Shown here piece by piece: positions 35,271 through 47,711 of a DNA stretch of 64,000 bases; position 1 is the first letter of the stretch; each line of letters opens with the position of its first letter. Below the pieces are notes generated by a model, which saw nothing but the letters and a program-made list of their open reading frames with translations, had not been told where the DNA came from and ran no database searches. The translations under genes were made by a program, and so were the position numbers. Location: positions 2,108,001-2,172,000 of the forward strand of contig CDRNST010000025.1 in the NCBI GenBank assembly GCA_977016875.1, read 5' to 3'. This stretch comes from Pavona decussata (taxonomy: Eukaryota).

Positions 35271-36303
35271 GCACAAGGAAAAGGATTTTAAGAACAAAAT
35301 CGGAAGGATGTAGTTGTGTCAGAAAGTGTACAAACTTCGTGTTTTAAACTTTCCATACATTTGTCTGTATAGCAAATCAGCTATGAACTGCTACTAAAAA
35401 TATTTTGCTGGAAAAAAATACAGACAAATGTACAGAAAATTCAAAACACGACTGGGCGCTTTCTGACACAGTTACATTCCTCCAATTTTTTTTAAAATCA
35501 TTTTCCTAATGTCAAAAGTTTCTAATTCATGAATTTTTCAGAAGTGTTTTTCTAAAATTATTTGGCATTGGATTGAATTGGAAACTTTGGGTACTGGGAA
35601 AAGGATTTTAAGAAAAACAAATGGAGGGGTGTAGCTGTGCAAGAAAGTGTCCAGTCGTGTTTTGAACTCTCCATACATTTAACGGTATAGCGAACCAGTT
35701 GTAGACTGCTACTAAAAATAGTTTGCAGGAAAAAAATATAGACAAATGTACGGAAAATTCAAAACACGACTGGAGGCTTTTTGGCACAGCTACATCCCTC
35801 CATTTTTTTTCTTAAAATCCTTTTAACAACAACATTGAAATTGAAGCTTGGAATACATCAGAAATAAATCACTATACACAGTGTCTTTTTGAATCAACAT
35901 TAATCTAGAAATGCAGATAATATCCCCTTACTTTAACCTCTTAAGATAGTGTTGACTTTTATGCTTTACCTTCGTCTGCAGAGGGAAAATCGTTTCTCTG
36001 ATACCTGTTCCCACCATCGTATTTTGGAAGATAAGGTGTTAAATAAGCAAAATGAATGTTTTTTTTCCAAAAAACACCCACTGAAGGCAAATTGAAGTCA
36101 CTAGTCAGGCAAACATGACCCTTAAAATCGCCTTGTTTTTGTGCTTCTTGGCAGCCATTTTTTTTTTTTCTTGTTTTCTTGGTCAGCTGTGTTCCTTGTT
36201 ACAGTAGCGAGCCCGCTGAACATAAGAACTGGGAGACCTGGGGAGACTTTACATAACGAGGACGACAAGGACTGGAACCAGATTTCAGAGCCCACCGGTT
36301 TTC

Positions 36304-36443
36304 ACAACTTCGTTCCCAGGGTCTCTCTTCTTCCCACCTTAGCGGGAGAGAGGAGAGAGAGGAGAGAGAGGAGAGAGAGATCTCTCTCTCTCTCATCTCT
36401 CTCTCGCTGGGGCGAGAAGAAGAGAGACCCTGGGAACGAGGTT
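36304..36443. mobile_element. MITE with ~9-bp TSD and GA-rich interior
   Basis: ccggttttc on both sides; caacttcgttcccagggtctctc / gagagaccctgggaacgaggtt. Confidence 0.85.
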
Positions 36444-36926
36444 CCGGTTTTCGCGAAAACGGTACTCGTCCAGCGTAAGCAATTACTCGGCAAAATAGCG
36501 GCATTTTTAAAATTCCAATTGCTTGTTCTCATTTCGCGTGGATAGGCAAATCAAAAAACGGAAAAATTGTGGACCCGATCTGTCCGTCAGACGCTACTGG
36601 AGCGAATAGCTGTTTTTAAAAGTTGAACGCAGCCGGAGACTGAGCGAGAAATGTAGCGAACCAGTTGTGAACTGCTACTAAAAATAGTTCGCGAGAAAAA
36701 AATACAGGGAAATCCATAGAAAGTTCAAAACAAGACCAGACGCTTTTTGGCACAACTACATCCCTGAAATTTATTTTCTTTAAAATCTTTTTCCCAGTGC
36801 CGAAAATTTCCAATTTAATAATTTTTCAGACGTGATGTTTTATGAAAATCATTCGACATCCGATTTCCATAGAAACATTATTATTTCAACATATGCTTCC
36901 CTATTTTTCAAAATGGCGTAGAAATT

Positions 36927-37275
36927 AAGTCAAGTCCAAGCAACAACCGTGGACGATAATCCTGCTGGTATACGTTGGATCAATTGTTGATCTGATCGGC
37001 TTAACAAAGACAAATGATACAAGAAGCAAAGACCGATACAACGTAGAAATACGGTTTTTATTATTTTTTGTTATTATTATTTCATTTGCTTCATATTTTA
37101 TACTGTCAATCAATTTAGTTTAACGTAGTTCCGCTATTGCACAAATATTTGTCAGCTCTATAACCGTATGTCCCAATGTAAATTTTCTTTATACCTGAAA
37201 AAAGCTGGTTTGGCCAGCCGAGATATAGTAACCTTTAAACCGTATTTCTACGTTGTATCGGTCTCTGCTTCTTGT
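36927..37275. mobile_element. Penelope-like terminal fragment with an inverted segment
   Basis: Flanked by gtagaaatta direct repeat. 37020-37057 is inverted at 37237-37275. Contains ctgaaaaaagctggtttggccagccgaga. Confidence 0.55.
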
Positions 37276-38051
37276 AGAAATTAAAACCGTGCTAATCAGG
37301 ACTGTCAACTCTCCCAGGTAATATGGGAAACTTCTGATTTTGAAGTGTATCTCCCAATCTCCATATTTATATCTTTAATCTTCCGGACAATTATGGAAGT
37401 TCGCTATTAGTAGTTGACTGCACTTTCCGACAATGAAATATGTAATGTTGAGTGTTGTTTCAGCATCTAAATTTTTGTTGTTTTGGATCTCCCAATACGT
37501 AGCTTACTTTTTAACAAGCTGTTTTTGTACCCACGGCAGATTGTGACCGTTAGCCACAAAGCCCTGCCCATTGTATGGAACGTTCGATGTTGCATCTTCT
37601 CGCGAACAAGATATCAAAGGCATACAGCAGATAACATTTTGACAAAAGAAATAAATACTTGCAAATTCGTGCCGTAAATGACGTCGTAAATCTCCTTGCA
37701 AAGAGTAAGCGAAGAAAAAGTAGTCGCAGTGATCATGCAGTATTACCTGACTTGTTCATCACCATCACATTTTACTAGTATCATGGCAGAACAAAGAGTA
37801 TACACATCTTTCAAAAGTTCAGCAGAGTGAAGTAAAAGCACACAAACCAAATTTTTTTTACCGTAACAAAATGTTTATTTAATATATTTCTATTAATTCC
37901 TATTACATATTAATTTACTTAATAACACGACGTTTCGACAAGTTCATGTCAAAAGTAGAAAACTAATGACATGAACTCGTCGAAATGTCATGTTGCGCTA
38001 TTATTTCTTCTTTACTATTTAGCTTAATTTATTTCATTTATATTTTAAATA

Positions 38052-38233
38052 CAGTAGAAATCCGCAAGTAAGAACCCGTTAGACCAAAAAAAAATTAACA
38101 GGTTTCTCACTTGTGGTCTCCTTTACAGACGTTGTTTGTGTCCGTACCATTCTCCCTTCCCAGTAGAGAAGGGAGAATGACCGACACAAACAACGTCTGC
38201 AAAGGAGGTTATCTTACACGCGGATTTGTACTG
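38052..38233. mobile_element. Tc1/mariner-type MITE with a nested small palindromic element
   Basis: TA-cagtagaaatccgc ... gcggatttgtactg-TA. Confidence 0.7.
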
Positions 38234-40222
38234 TATTTTTAAAAAAAAAAAACTCAACAAATTAAATCAGGTCCGGGTGGGTTTCCATGGATATCAGTAT
38301 ATCATCAGTATATCATCAATGCTGAAAAGAGAACAATGATAATGAGTTTACACTACTATAATTTCACGAAAATGGAGCAATCACATCTCTTTAGGCACTG
38401 GAACATACTCCAACTAGAGATCTTTTAAATGTAAATCTTTGAAAATGGAGTCGTGTTCATGAAAAATTAGACTGTAATATGAACAGACAACTTTACTGTA
38501 GCCCTGTTATGAAAGACTGCATATGGTAATAAACACTGCAGTCACTGTACAGGGTAGAAATCATTGAACACAACTGAGATTAAAACCACCATTTTGCTTA
38601 AATTCTACTCTGTCGTTTCAATAAACATTTGTGTTCTGTGAAAGTTGAGGAAAAACGCATTTTTTTAATAAAGAACTTTTTCATTGCAATTGCGTCTCGC
38701 GTAGACATTACTAAAATGCCGTATAAATTTTAAAAAGTACTGGTTTGCGATCCGTCGTTAAACTAGAAACTCACGTTATATTATATACTTCAGTCATGTT
38801 CAGTTAGGGGAATTGAAGGAAGGAAAGGTGTCGTAAAGATACTGACATTCCTGGTGGTCCTCGGTCAGAAATCGATCAAGAGCTTGTCACGCCGGATGGA
38901 CAGGCCGATGCAGATAGTTGATTTTGACCGCGTAAGACCTGGTGTTTAATTAAGCTCGCGACGCGATGTTTCCCTGATGGGACACAGCGGCAAAACGTCT
39001 ACGCATGCGCCAAGTTTGGGCATTTCCGGTCGAGATCACGCTTTCCGGTTAGGGTTATGTTTGCTCGGCGTTCTTTCGTTCTGTTGGAGGTTTAAAACTC
39101 TCCTGTTGTGGATCAGTAACCACATGTGAAAGATAAAGTGGACCAATGATTAAGAAAAGGTAAGCTAACCATAATTTCTTACAATTGTTGGTTCTGAAGT
39201 CGAGTGGTACTGATTCTCTTTTAAAAATGTGAATTGACACTGATTCGATGCGTGTTCGCCCGCCATTTCAGCACCAGCCCAAGTCATGAATATTTTGTCG
39301 TTGGTGAATTCGCATTTTAACACCTAGCTCTACTATTGCAGTTTGTCCGTTCTTTAACACATCAAATGTTCTCGGAAAGACTACTGCTACACATTCTCAT
39401 TGATATTTTTTTTTAATTTGACTCAAGGGAGACGCAAGGTTTCAAATAAGCAACGACGCAAGTTTCACTCAGTCAGTCATCTTGTCCGGTAAATGAATGA
39501 CCTCAAACCTTGAAAATTATGGTCGCCAAAGCATTCAACCTGAAGCGAAAGTTACAACATGCATGCAAGTATGGCTGAAAAAATGTTCTGGTGGCGAAAT
39601 AAGTTGGTGAAAACCGCCCACTTGAACCACTTCTGTTTTGACCCGGCCAAGCATGCTACTTCGCGTTTCATGGAAATTTCATTTTAATTTTCCTCTCAAA
39701 AAAACAAAAAAAAAAAAAACAAACAAACAAACAAAAAACGAAAAAACAAAAAGCAATTGGGAAAAATGCCACTGAAATGCTCGAATAGTGATTAATGCTT
39801 TTGCTGCACTAAGAATTGATAAAAAAAGGCTAGCATTTATGCAAAAGCCTAAATTTGCTCAAGATAATAAAAGATAACTAAGAAAAAGCTCGAAAAAAGG
39901 CATTGAACGGATAACTAATGCTTTTTAGACTGAATTTTACATCGCAATCAACTATTAAGCATGTCTTCATTGGAGTTGAAGGTTTTCTGTAGACTTCAAA
40001 CATGTCTTTCATGCACAAAAGAGCTGACATGTCGCTTATTTCTTTTCTTTGCAATGCTAAATCAACTGAAGCAAAGCATTATTTTGTGTTGTAAACAAAA
40101 GGCAAAAATTCGTTATAGTTTAAAACCCTTCAAGTAATGTTCAGTGCTAAAGTGAAGGTGAACTTTTAAGAGTTTAACAGGGCAGCATGTACAGTGTATG
40201 CCCTGATAGTGATGTAGCTCCT

Positions 40223-43200
40223 TCAATATTTTACAAAAGTGAGAGAGCAAATGTTAAATGAAAGCGACAGTTGTTGTTTTATGAAAAAAAGGAGTTCCTC
40301 TGCTTTGTCAACTGTTGCAATGCCAATCATGGCCCCAAGCTGACCATGTAGATGACTATCCATTATGAGGATGTTGTTGTCTCTTCCAACCAGGCAGATA
40401 GTTTTTCCATTCATAATAACAATCGCAGCGAGGTTGTCTTCTTGGGTAAGGCGCGGCAAATAAAATCCCAAGGAACTTTGAGGTACTGCTGGATTTTCAT
40501 TTATGATTGAAAGATCAAGAGAGTCTTCCAGTTCTACATTGCCAGTAATGTCAGGGAGGAAACGAATTGCATTGTCTACACTGTAGTATTGACCAGAGCC
40601 CTGTGTTATTTTATCATAAATTTGATTTCCAAGAGACATGCTGTTGATCATCAAATTTATCCAGGCGGGAGGTAGGGAATTGTGCTGGTTTAATGTCAGA
40701 ACAGACTTGTTGACAAAATAAAATTTTGAAACCAGTAAGGCTATAAAAGTGCAAGCATTTGAGCCATTTCGTCCAAATAGAGTGGACTGTGAAAATTGAT
40801 ATGGAAAGAACCAGATGATAGAAGATCCAAAGGCCATTTTCAAAATGTTAGGGCGAAAAACAGGAGTATTGACTGATTGATGTTGTGGCGGGGGTGACGT
40901 TTGTTGCTGTGGTTGTACTGGCTGTGCATGTTGAGGTTGTGGAACAGTGAATGAATCTAGCGTGTCATTGATTTTCCTTTGCCAAGCTTCTGATTGATAG
41001 TAGATTGCCTCATTACTGTTACAGTTGACGGTTACCTCCTCCTCATCATCAGGGCTTTCATTTGTATTAGTTGTTGATGGTGAAGTTGATGGCTTTGTTG
41101 GTTCCAGTAAACTTTGATTAAAAGATTGTGACAGTTTTTTCATTTCATCCAAGAGTGGTTTGGTACAGATAGGACACTGGTTGTTAGCCATGTTATAACA
41201 AGAAAGGTGAATAGTGTGGAAACAGGAAAGACGAATTGCAGACTCAGTTGTGTTTACAGTACAGTCTTTGAAGTCACAAATTTTTAAATTGTTAGGTAGA
41301 GTGTTTGTGCTGTTGCTATTTTGTCTCTCAAATGTATAAGCTAATGGAAGTGCTTTACTTGTGATATCAGTGTTAAAAGTTTCAAGATGGTACTTCCGTT
41401 CTCCGACAGGTTTCCCTCTTGCATTTGTTGTTGGAGGAATCTGAAAAACAAAGAAATAGTCTTGTTTTATTTTCTTACTATTGCAGCTACCCATTTGACT
41501 CATTAGGTTTATTATTTATTTACACATTTGCCCAACACTTGTCCAGGTGTGACAACATCAGGACACAGAGTAGTCTACTTGAGGCTATCTTTGTCACAGC
41601 TTAAAAGGGTCATTGGTTTGGGAGTGAAAATGCATGTCAGTGTTTCAGGGATGAAACAGATGTATTACCTTAATCTGTTTTGTCAAGACACAATAAAAGT
41701 TCTAAGTAAGTTATTGAGCCTAGAGTTCTTTTCAATTCAATCTTTAGAGCATGTAACAACATCATTAGATCTTAGTGCTGCAGCCAGGCTTGTAGCAAGA
41801 GTATCCAAGAGGCTTGTCATTTTGAACATTTTGAAGGATTGAGGGAAATTCATCTGCACCTACACAACTAGACACCCTTCTGGTGAAAACCTTGCATCCA
41901 GCATTATTTTTGAGCTACAGTTTACCATTATTGTAAATGTTATTGTGAAAATTAGTATGATAGAAATACGAGCAACCAAAGGGCTTGTGCCAGCCTCCGA
42001 GTAATAATATGCTTATGACTTTACCATTCTTGACTTCCCAATATTCTGGCCTACTCTCTTGATTATGGCAAGCAAACTCTCAGCTGTCTTCCAAACAACC
42101 ATCTCCAAACTTTTCTCAGACATTCCTCGGCAATAGGGCTTGACAAATTCGGCCATGAAGGCTTGGTTTGACTTAGACATGGCTAAAGTGATTGCCTTTT
42201 TACGTATTTCCTCAGCACAATTGTGGGCTTGGGTTGCTGCTCTTAGTACACTATGCCATATTTCCACCTTCTTTTCAGTTATTAGTGACATCCAGTTTTC
42301 TTTGCAGGAGTAATAGCAATTAAAATTGAATTTTTGATGGTAAATGTCACTGAGCATGGAAAGAGTGGACCTGTCATAATGATGGCGTTTCCAAATAATA
42401 AACAACAAAGCAAATCGAAACATGACAGAAATGTAAGTATTCAGGTTCCCAGAGCGGAACATCACTGGATAGTGGTAGAAAGATAAAGGAATGACTTCGT
42501 CCAAAAGGTGCAATATACATGCAAACTCAGCGTCCTTGCACAGTTGAAATTTCTGAAGAACCTTTGTTCGTAGCTGTAGCCATCCCAGGAAAACAGCGTT
42601 TATTAGTAAATTTATTCTGAAAGGTTTAGGTTTATGTGGAAGCTCTGATCCAAATGTTTCCTTATAGACGTTGGACAAAACAAAGTGGTAGATTTGCATA
42701 ATGTCTTCTTGCACATTTAAAGTTACATGAAAGGGACCCTGTTCTGGAATAATGGAAAGCAAAGCTGATTCTTCATTCACTTCCTGGGCAATAAGTTTCT
42801 TAAAGTAATACCAAGTAGGCCAGTCTCCTGGGGTTGGAAGAGCATACTTCTCAAGATACAGTTTTAGTTGAGGAGCAACCTCGAAGGAGTGAGACAAAGC
42901 ATTCAGGTAGTCTTCCTTGCTTTTCAAAGACTGTTCAAATTCGTCTATTAGTAAACATGAATCCAAATGGCTAAGGTCATCATTTGATCTTCCTGAGTAC
43001 ACCCTGGTGACAACAAAAAGTGACATTTGTAATAATTTTAACCACACCAAAAGGAACATACATGTAAACCTAAACTTGACTCTTTGATGTTGCCAGCAGT
43101 TATTAATTTTACAGCCCATGCAAAATGTTTTGTAGGAGTAGGTAGCACAGCTAAAGTGTACATGTTAGTCCAAAGGGGTCTTGAGGATATAAATTAACTA

Positions 43201-46200
43201 GTGTGCTTTAGTGGCAAAATTGTTGGCCTCTGATAAATTTTGAAAGGGCCACTATAAACTGTTTTGATGAAAATTATAGCCCCTTTATTGTTTAGAGGCC
43301 TGTATTGATTTCATGCAATGTGCAGAGCAAACTTTAAACGTGCTTTCAACTTCGAGAGTCTGGTTTGGTGAAAATGTATTTTAAACTACAGTATGTGCAA
43401 GCAACATTTAGACATTGACAATACCTAAATTCTTTGAGCTGAGCTTGGATGTTCTTTGGTTCCATTGTTCGTTGCTCTTCTCTCATGCTAGCCAGAAATG
43501 TTGATTTAAGTGTCCCCATGTGCTCTTGGACAAGTTGAGAAATATAGCTAATATCAATTCCACCTCTACATGTCTTGTTTTCACCTTTGGAGCTGATTGT
43601 AACAATTCTATGGATTTTGGACTTGTCAGGGGGTAGATGAATGGCTGGTACAGTAAGTTGAATGTCCAGCAAATTGGATGCCATGTGTGTAGCAAGGGAC
43701 AGTTTCATGTTAGCACCGGGTAGCCGTATGGTCTGAATGTTATGAAAATCATCCAGCAAGTAAATCATTAAACACCCATCCTGTAAACAAAAGTTAAAAT
43801 TAGTCTGAGGAATTGTGTGAATACAATCTGCATATTTTTTTCTGCTTGTAGGTTTTTTTGCTTACTGTCTTATCCAAAAATAGGTGGACACTGCACCTTG
43901 TCAGATTTGTTGGAAACCATGGGGTGACATCACTTGTGTATATTTCAATTCCCTTAACTAGATCTGTTTAAGATAACCTCTTTCAGGGAGACAGATAGAG
44001 CTGGTCCCAAGGGAGACTGCCTTTGAGAGAGTTGACTGTACTCACTTTGATTGCATTTGAAATCTTATTGTGAAGGAATTTTGGCTGCTCCCTAAGTAGC
44101 ATGGATTTATGTCCATCAACATCTCTTGGACTGGTGCTGAAGCCTAAAATTCTGCCAGAATTTACCACATCTCTGGATGCCCCATGTTGTTGAATAAATA
44201 ACCCTTCCTCCTTGTGCATTAGATTTGTCTTCTGTGACCTGAAATAATGATAATAAATACTATTTGTAGCCCCTTTTTACGTACACTGTAAGTAAAAATC
44301 TGAACAAATTATTAACATTTATCTTGTTTATTTCATTTCAGGGTTTTGATATGATAGTATATACTGAATGTGGAGATCTCATGGTGAAAGAAGAATCAAT
44401 TGTGTAATCGTATTATAGGTAGATTCTAGATTTGTCTGCTGTCATGGTTGATAAACAAGATTGTTTTAATCACAACTTTGGAGTGTTCCTCATACGCAAG
44501 GCAAGCGAAAAAATATACCTGAGTCAAGTCAAGTCAGCTTAAAAGAAACTTAATATAACGTGATTTATTGTGTAATCAAGATTACCGGAAATATGCTATG
44601 ATGTGCAACAAAACAACTGTTCTCTTTTCTTGTAATACACGATGCTCATCGCTTAGTCTTGGATCATCTCGCAAAATAGAATGTAAAATAAGATTAAAAA
44701 GGCCAGGTGCATTTTTCTCTGCAAACTTTTTCATCTCTGAGGGTGTGTACAGTGGAAGTGCATTGTTGCCCTCATAGTGTTGGTGCAAAGCCCTCTGGAA
44801 TCTCTCTACCAGGTAATCAAATGAATTTTCTGAAAAATATAACGAAAAAGGGATGCAGAATGTTTTATCTTTATAAGTACATGTAGAAACTAATAGATAG
44901 ATAGATAGTTTAATGATCAATACATCGCAGCCCGAAAGCTGAATTGCGTAATTACAAATAATAAATCGACTAATAATGGTTATCACATACTCCATCAAGA
45001 TGTTGAAATAAACTCTCACAACTAGTACCATAAGAAATATGTGGAGGATAATAATATTCTCCATGTATTTAAATAATAGTGTTCAGAATATGCATGTTCA
45101 TACTGGGGCTTAATTGCATTTCCACTGGGGTTGGGGTTGCTTTTGTGTAAGGTACATAGATGGTTGTTGTCTCCTGTAGCAGATGTTAAAAAAATATCAC
45201 AATATCGATATTACTTATTTTTGCAGTGTAATATACATGTTGATAATCGGTGTAATCCTTGAGAAAGATGTTTGGTAGAAATGCTGTTACTGAAATATTT
45301 TTTTTTTATTTTATTTTGATTCTATTTACTTTTCTTTTTTTTTGGGGGGGGGGGGGACGCTAAGTAGTTGTGTAGTTAAACTGACCTGATGAGTCTTTGA
45401 AAACTGTTTCAATGCTGTTCCATACATGTCTTTCTACTAGGACATCTCCATTACAATTGACTTTTACAGCTCCAAACGAAGTTGGAATTGTCCTCCAGGT
45501 GTCCTGATTTGGAAGCACTATTCCACAAATCTCTTCCAAAGATTTAAGTCTTTGGAAGAGATAGTAGAATAGCTTCTGCACTTGAAGAATCTTTTGTCCA
45601 GGGTTGTCTTCACTGCTGGGCTGCAAATTCTTGTATAATTTTATGATAGGAGAGGCAGCAAATTGCCAGATCTACATAAAGTAAAAATGCTCATTTGACA
45701 AAGAATACTGTTCTTTTTATGTTGTTTTGTAAACAAGGCAATGATAGAGATTTGATAAGAAATTATCAATTACTAGCTGCAATATAAAAGTTCTAAAGTC
45801 TTGCTGTAAGCCACTGACAGGTATGAGTGTGTGTGAGAAATAATAAAAATAAATTTGAGTCCTAAATGAAAGTCACTCTCAATTAATGTTTCAGTTACCT
45901 TTTGAAGTTCATCAGCTGAGGTTTGTTTAGCCTCTATGTCCTGTGGGAGAATCACATATATAAGAATTGGGATCAGGTAATATTNNNNNNNNNNNNNNNN
46001 NNNNNNNNNNNNNNNNNNNNNNNNNNNNNNNNNNNNNNNNNNNNNNNNNNNNNNNNNNNNNNNNNNNNNNNNNNNNNNNNNNNNNNNNNNNNNNNNNNNN
46101 NNNNNNNNNNNNNATAATTCAGGAAAAATGCCTTTACTTTGAACCAAAATACAACAGCTATTTTTATTAAGGTTTACTATTTGGGGTTGCAAACTTAGCA

Positions 46201-47064
46201 ACTTTAATAATGAAAAAGTTATCTTTGTTTGTGAAAGTAAAAGGCAAACTTAAAAATTATGGAACAAATCATATAAAGAGCAAGGCAGGGTATGTTTGAT
46301 AAAGAAAGACCGTGCGTTTTGAAATATTGGAAAGGAAAAATATATTTCTCTGACCGTGAAACCAGCCTTGCTCTTTATATTATCTGTTCTGTAATTTATT
46401 GCTGATTAAATCCTTTACTACAGGATCCGATATTTTTATTTTATCACGGTTGCCCTTGCAAGCACAGCTACTGCTCTTCACTTAAAAATTATGCACAACC
46501 CAGAACCCAAATTGGACAATAAAGCTCAGATTAATGTTTCCATATGCCATTAACCTGCGCGTCAGCTGTGTCAATTATCATTAGCAAAGACATGAAACTA
46601 ACCTTTTGTTTTGAAGTACGAGCCTCTTTCGGTTTATACTCTACATGCGTGGTGAACTTTTCTTCCTTGTCTACGTTCTCTGCACATTTGTTGCACCACC
46701 TTGTTCCCGGACGATACGGAACATTACCTGTTTTCCCAACAGCGTCCAGCACCGCATAAAGACGTGAAGGTATTCCGTTTTGGTGGAGGGTTCGCGAGTG
46801 GTTTTCTCGAGGAACCGAACACCGGTTGTTTTCTCTCCTTATTTCGTCCCAGTGGACCCGGCAAACTATTGAGCCAACTGGAAGTTCAGCGGCCCTGGCT
46901 AACTGAGGTGTCAAGAAGTAATGACGGCCTCCGCATTTCCGTTTCCCTGCCCTTTTACCACACTTCTCGTCTTGCGAGGAACAACATTTTAACAACAGGA
47001 CGACAACAACCACGGACAACAAAACTTTTCTTCTCAAGCGCGAGCAAGTCGCATCTTCGAGCAT
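40223..47064 (-). CDS. Predicted 8-exon, ~1259-aa putative DDE transposase with RING-H2 and C-terminal cysteine protease domain
   Basis: Exons 47064-46603, 45940-45899, 45671-45386, 44829-44586, 44238-44046, 43780-43425, 43003-42025, 41440-40223. All introns are GT..AG and phases 0,0,1,2,0,2,0 join in frame (3780 nt). The assembly gap in intron 1 could hide sequence. Confidence 0.8.
45985..46113. other. Assembly gap (N run)
   Basis: Run of n characters. Confidence 1.
46268..46382. repeat. Penelope-like end fragment in intron 1, related to 16310-16480
   Basis: gaaagaccgtgcgttttgaaatattggaaaggaaaaatatattt is the near reverse complement of 16317-16360. Flanked by the inverted repeat atataaagagcaaggc/gccttgctctttatat. 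Confidence 0.55.
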
Positions 47065-47711
47065 GGTTTTCGTACTTGGTGCAAGCACCAAACCCCTTGG
47101 TGCAAAGGTTTGAAAACAGCAAAATAAATTTACTCACCAGGAAAACAATTTTTTTGCTTAAGTTTGTTTCGTAACTCTTGAGTTTTGTTTTTAAACTTCG
47201 CGCGACGGGAGTTTTTTGTTTACGCAATAGGTTTTAATAGCTAACCGGAAATACGACACCGACCGGAAGTTCAGTGGGTGGCACATGCGCATTGCGTTTT
47301 GCCGCTGTGTCCCCTGATGGACGACTAAAGGTAGGCTATATCTATCGTTATCGATGTTTATCTAACACTTTGAAATGCCATCAAGTCTTAGAATGCGCAT
47401 TTCTGAAAAATATGTTATTTTAGCTCGACATTTTGAATAGAAAGTTTATGTCAAATGCAAGTGCTCGGCACTAACAATTCTGAATATCGAAGAAGCTAAA
47501 CTTGCTCTTGGCTCTCCCTCAACCAACTCTTACGTTTCTTTTATGCTTTCTAAACATCTCGCGTACACTACAACCATAACTATCATAACTCGATATACGT
47601 ACACTAAACACTAATCTATTCTTAAATTGCACCATACAATCCAAGAACAACGCTGTACTAATATACGGAGTTCAATTCTGTTAAATTAAAAAAGTATTCA
47701 ATTTTTGAATA

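Larger units (their letters stand above)
25829..36287 (+). repeat. Segmental duplication, copy B
   Basis: Collinear near-identity with 11531-21118. Differs by MITE presence/absence and scattered substitutions and indels. Confidence 0.95.
950..37295 (+). mobile_element. Putative large Helentron locus (RepHel-EN ORF plus downstream RPA-like cassette, partly duplicated); boundaries uncertain
   Basis: Same-strand RepHel-EN ORF followed by intronless RPA70-like genes. RPA70-like cargo is a known Helitron feature. True termini were not identified, so the extent is inferred. Confidence 0.4.
38981..47311 (-). mobile_element. 8.3-kb autonomous-looking TIR DNA transposon with 9-bp TSD, family unassigned (Academ/MULE-like)
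   Basis: TIRs gacacagcggcaaaacg (38981-38997) and cgttttgccgctgtgtc (47295-47311). ccctgatgg direct repeat at 38972-38980 and 47312-47320. Encloses one multi-exon gene. Confidence 0.92.

Noticed and set aside
41500-41990. Extra exon in the last intron of the transposon gene
   Set aside because: The frames I checked after the candidate acceptor (~41860) hit stops, and exons 7 and 8 already join in phase 0.
45773-46201. ORFs spanning the N run
   Set aside because: Gap artefacts; only the 42-bp exon 45899-45940 is supported by splice signals.
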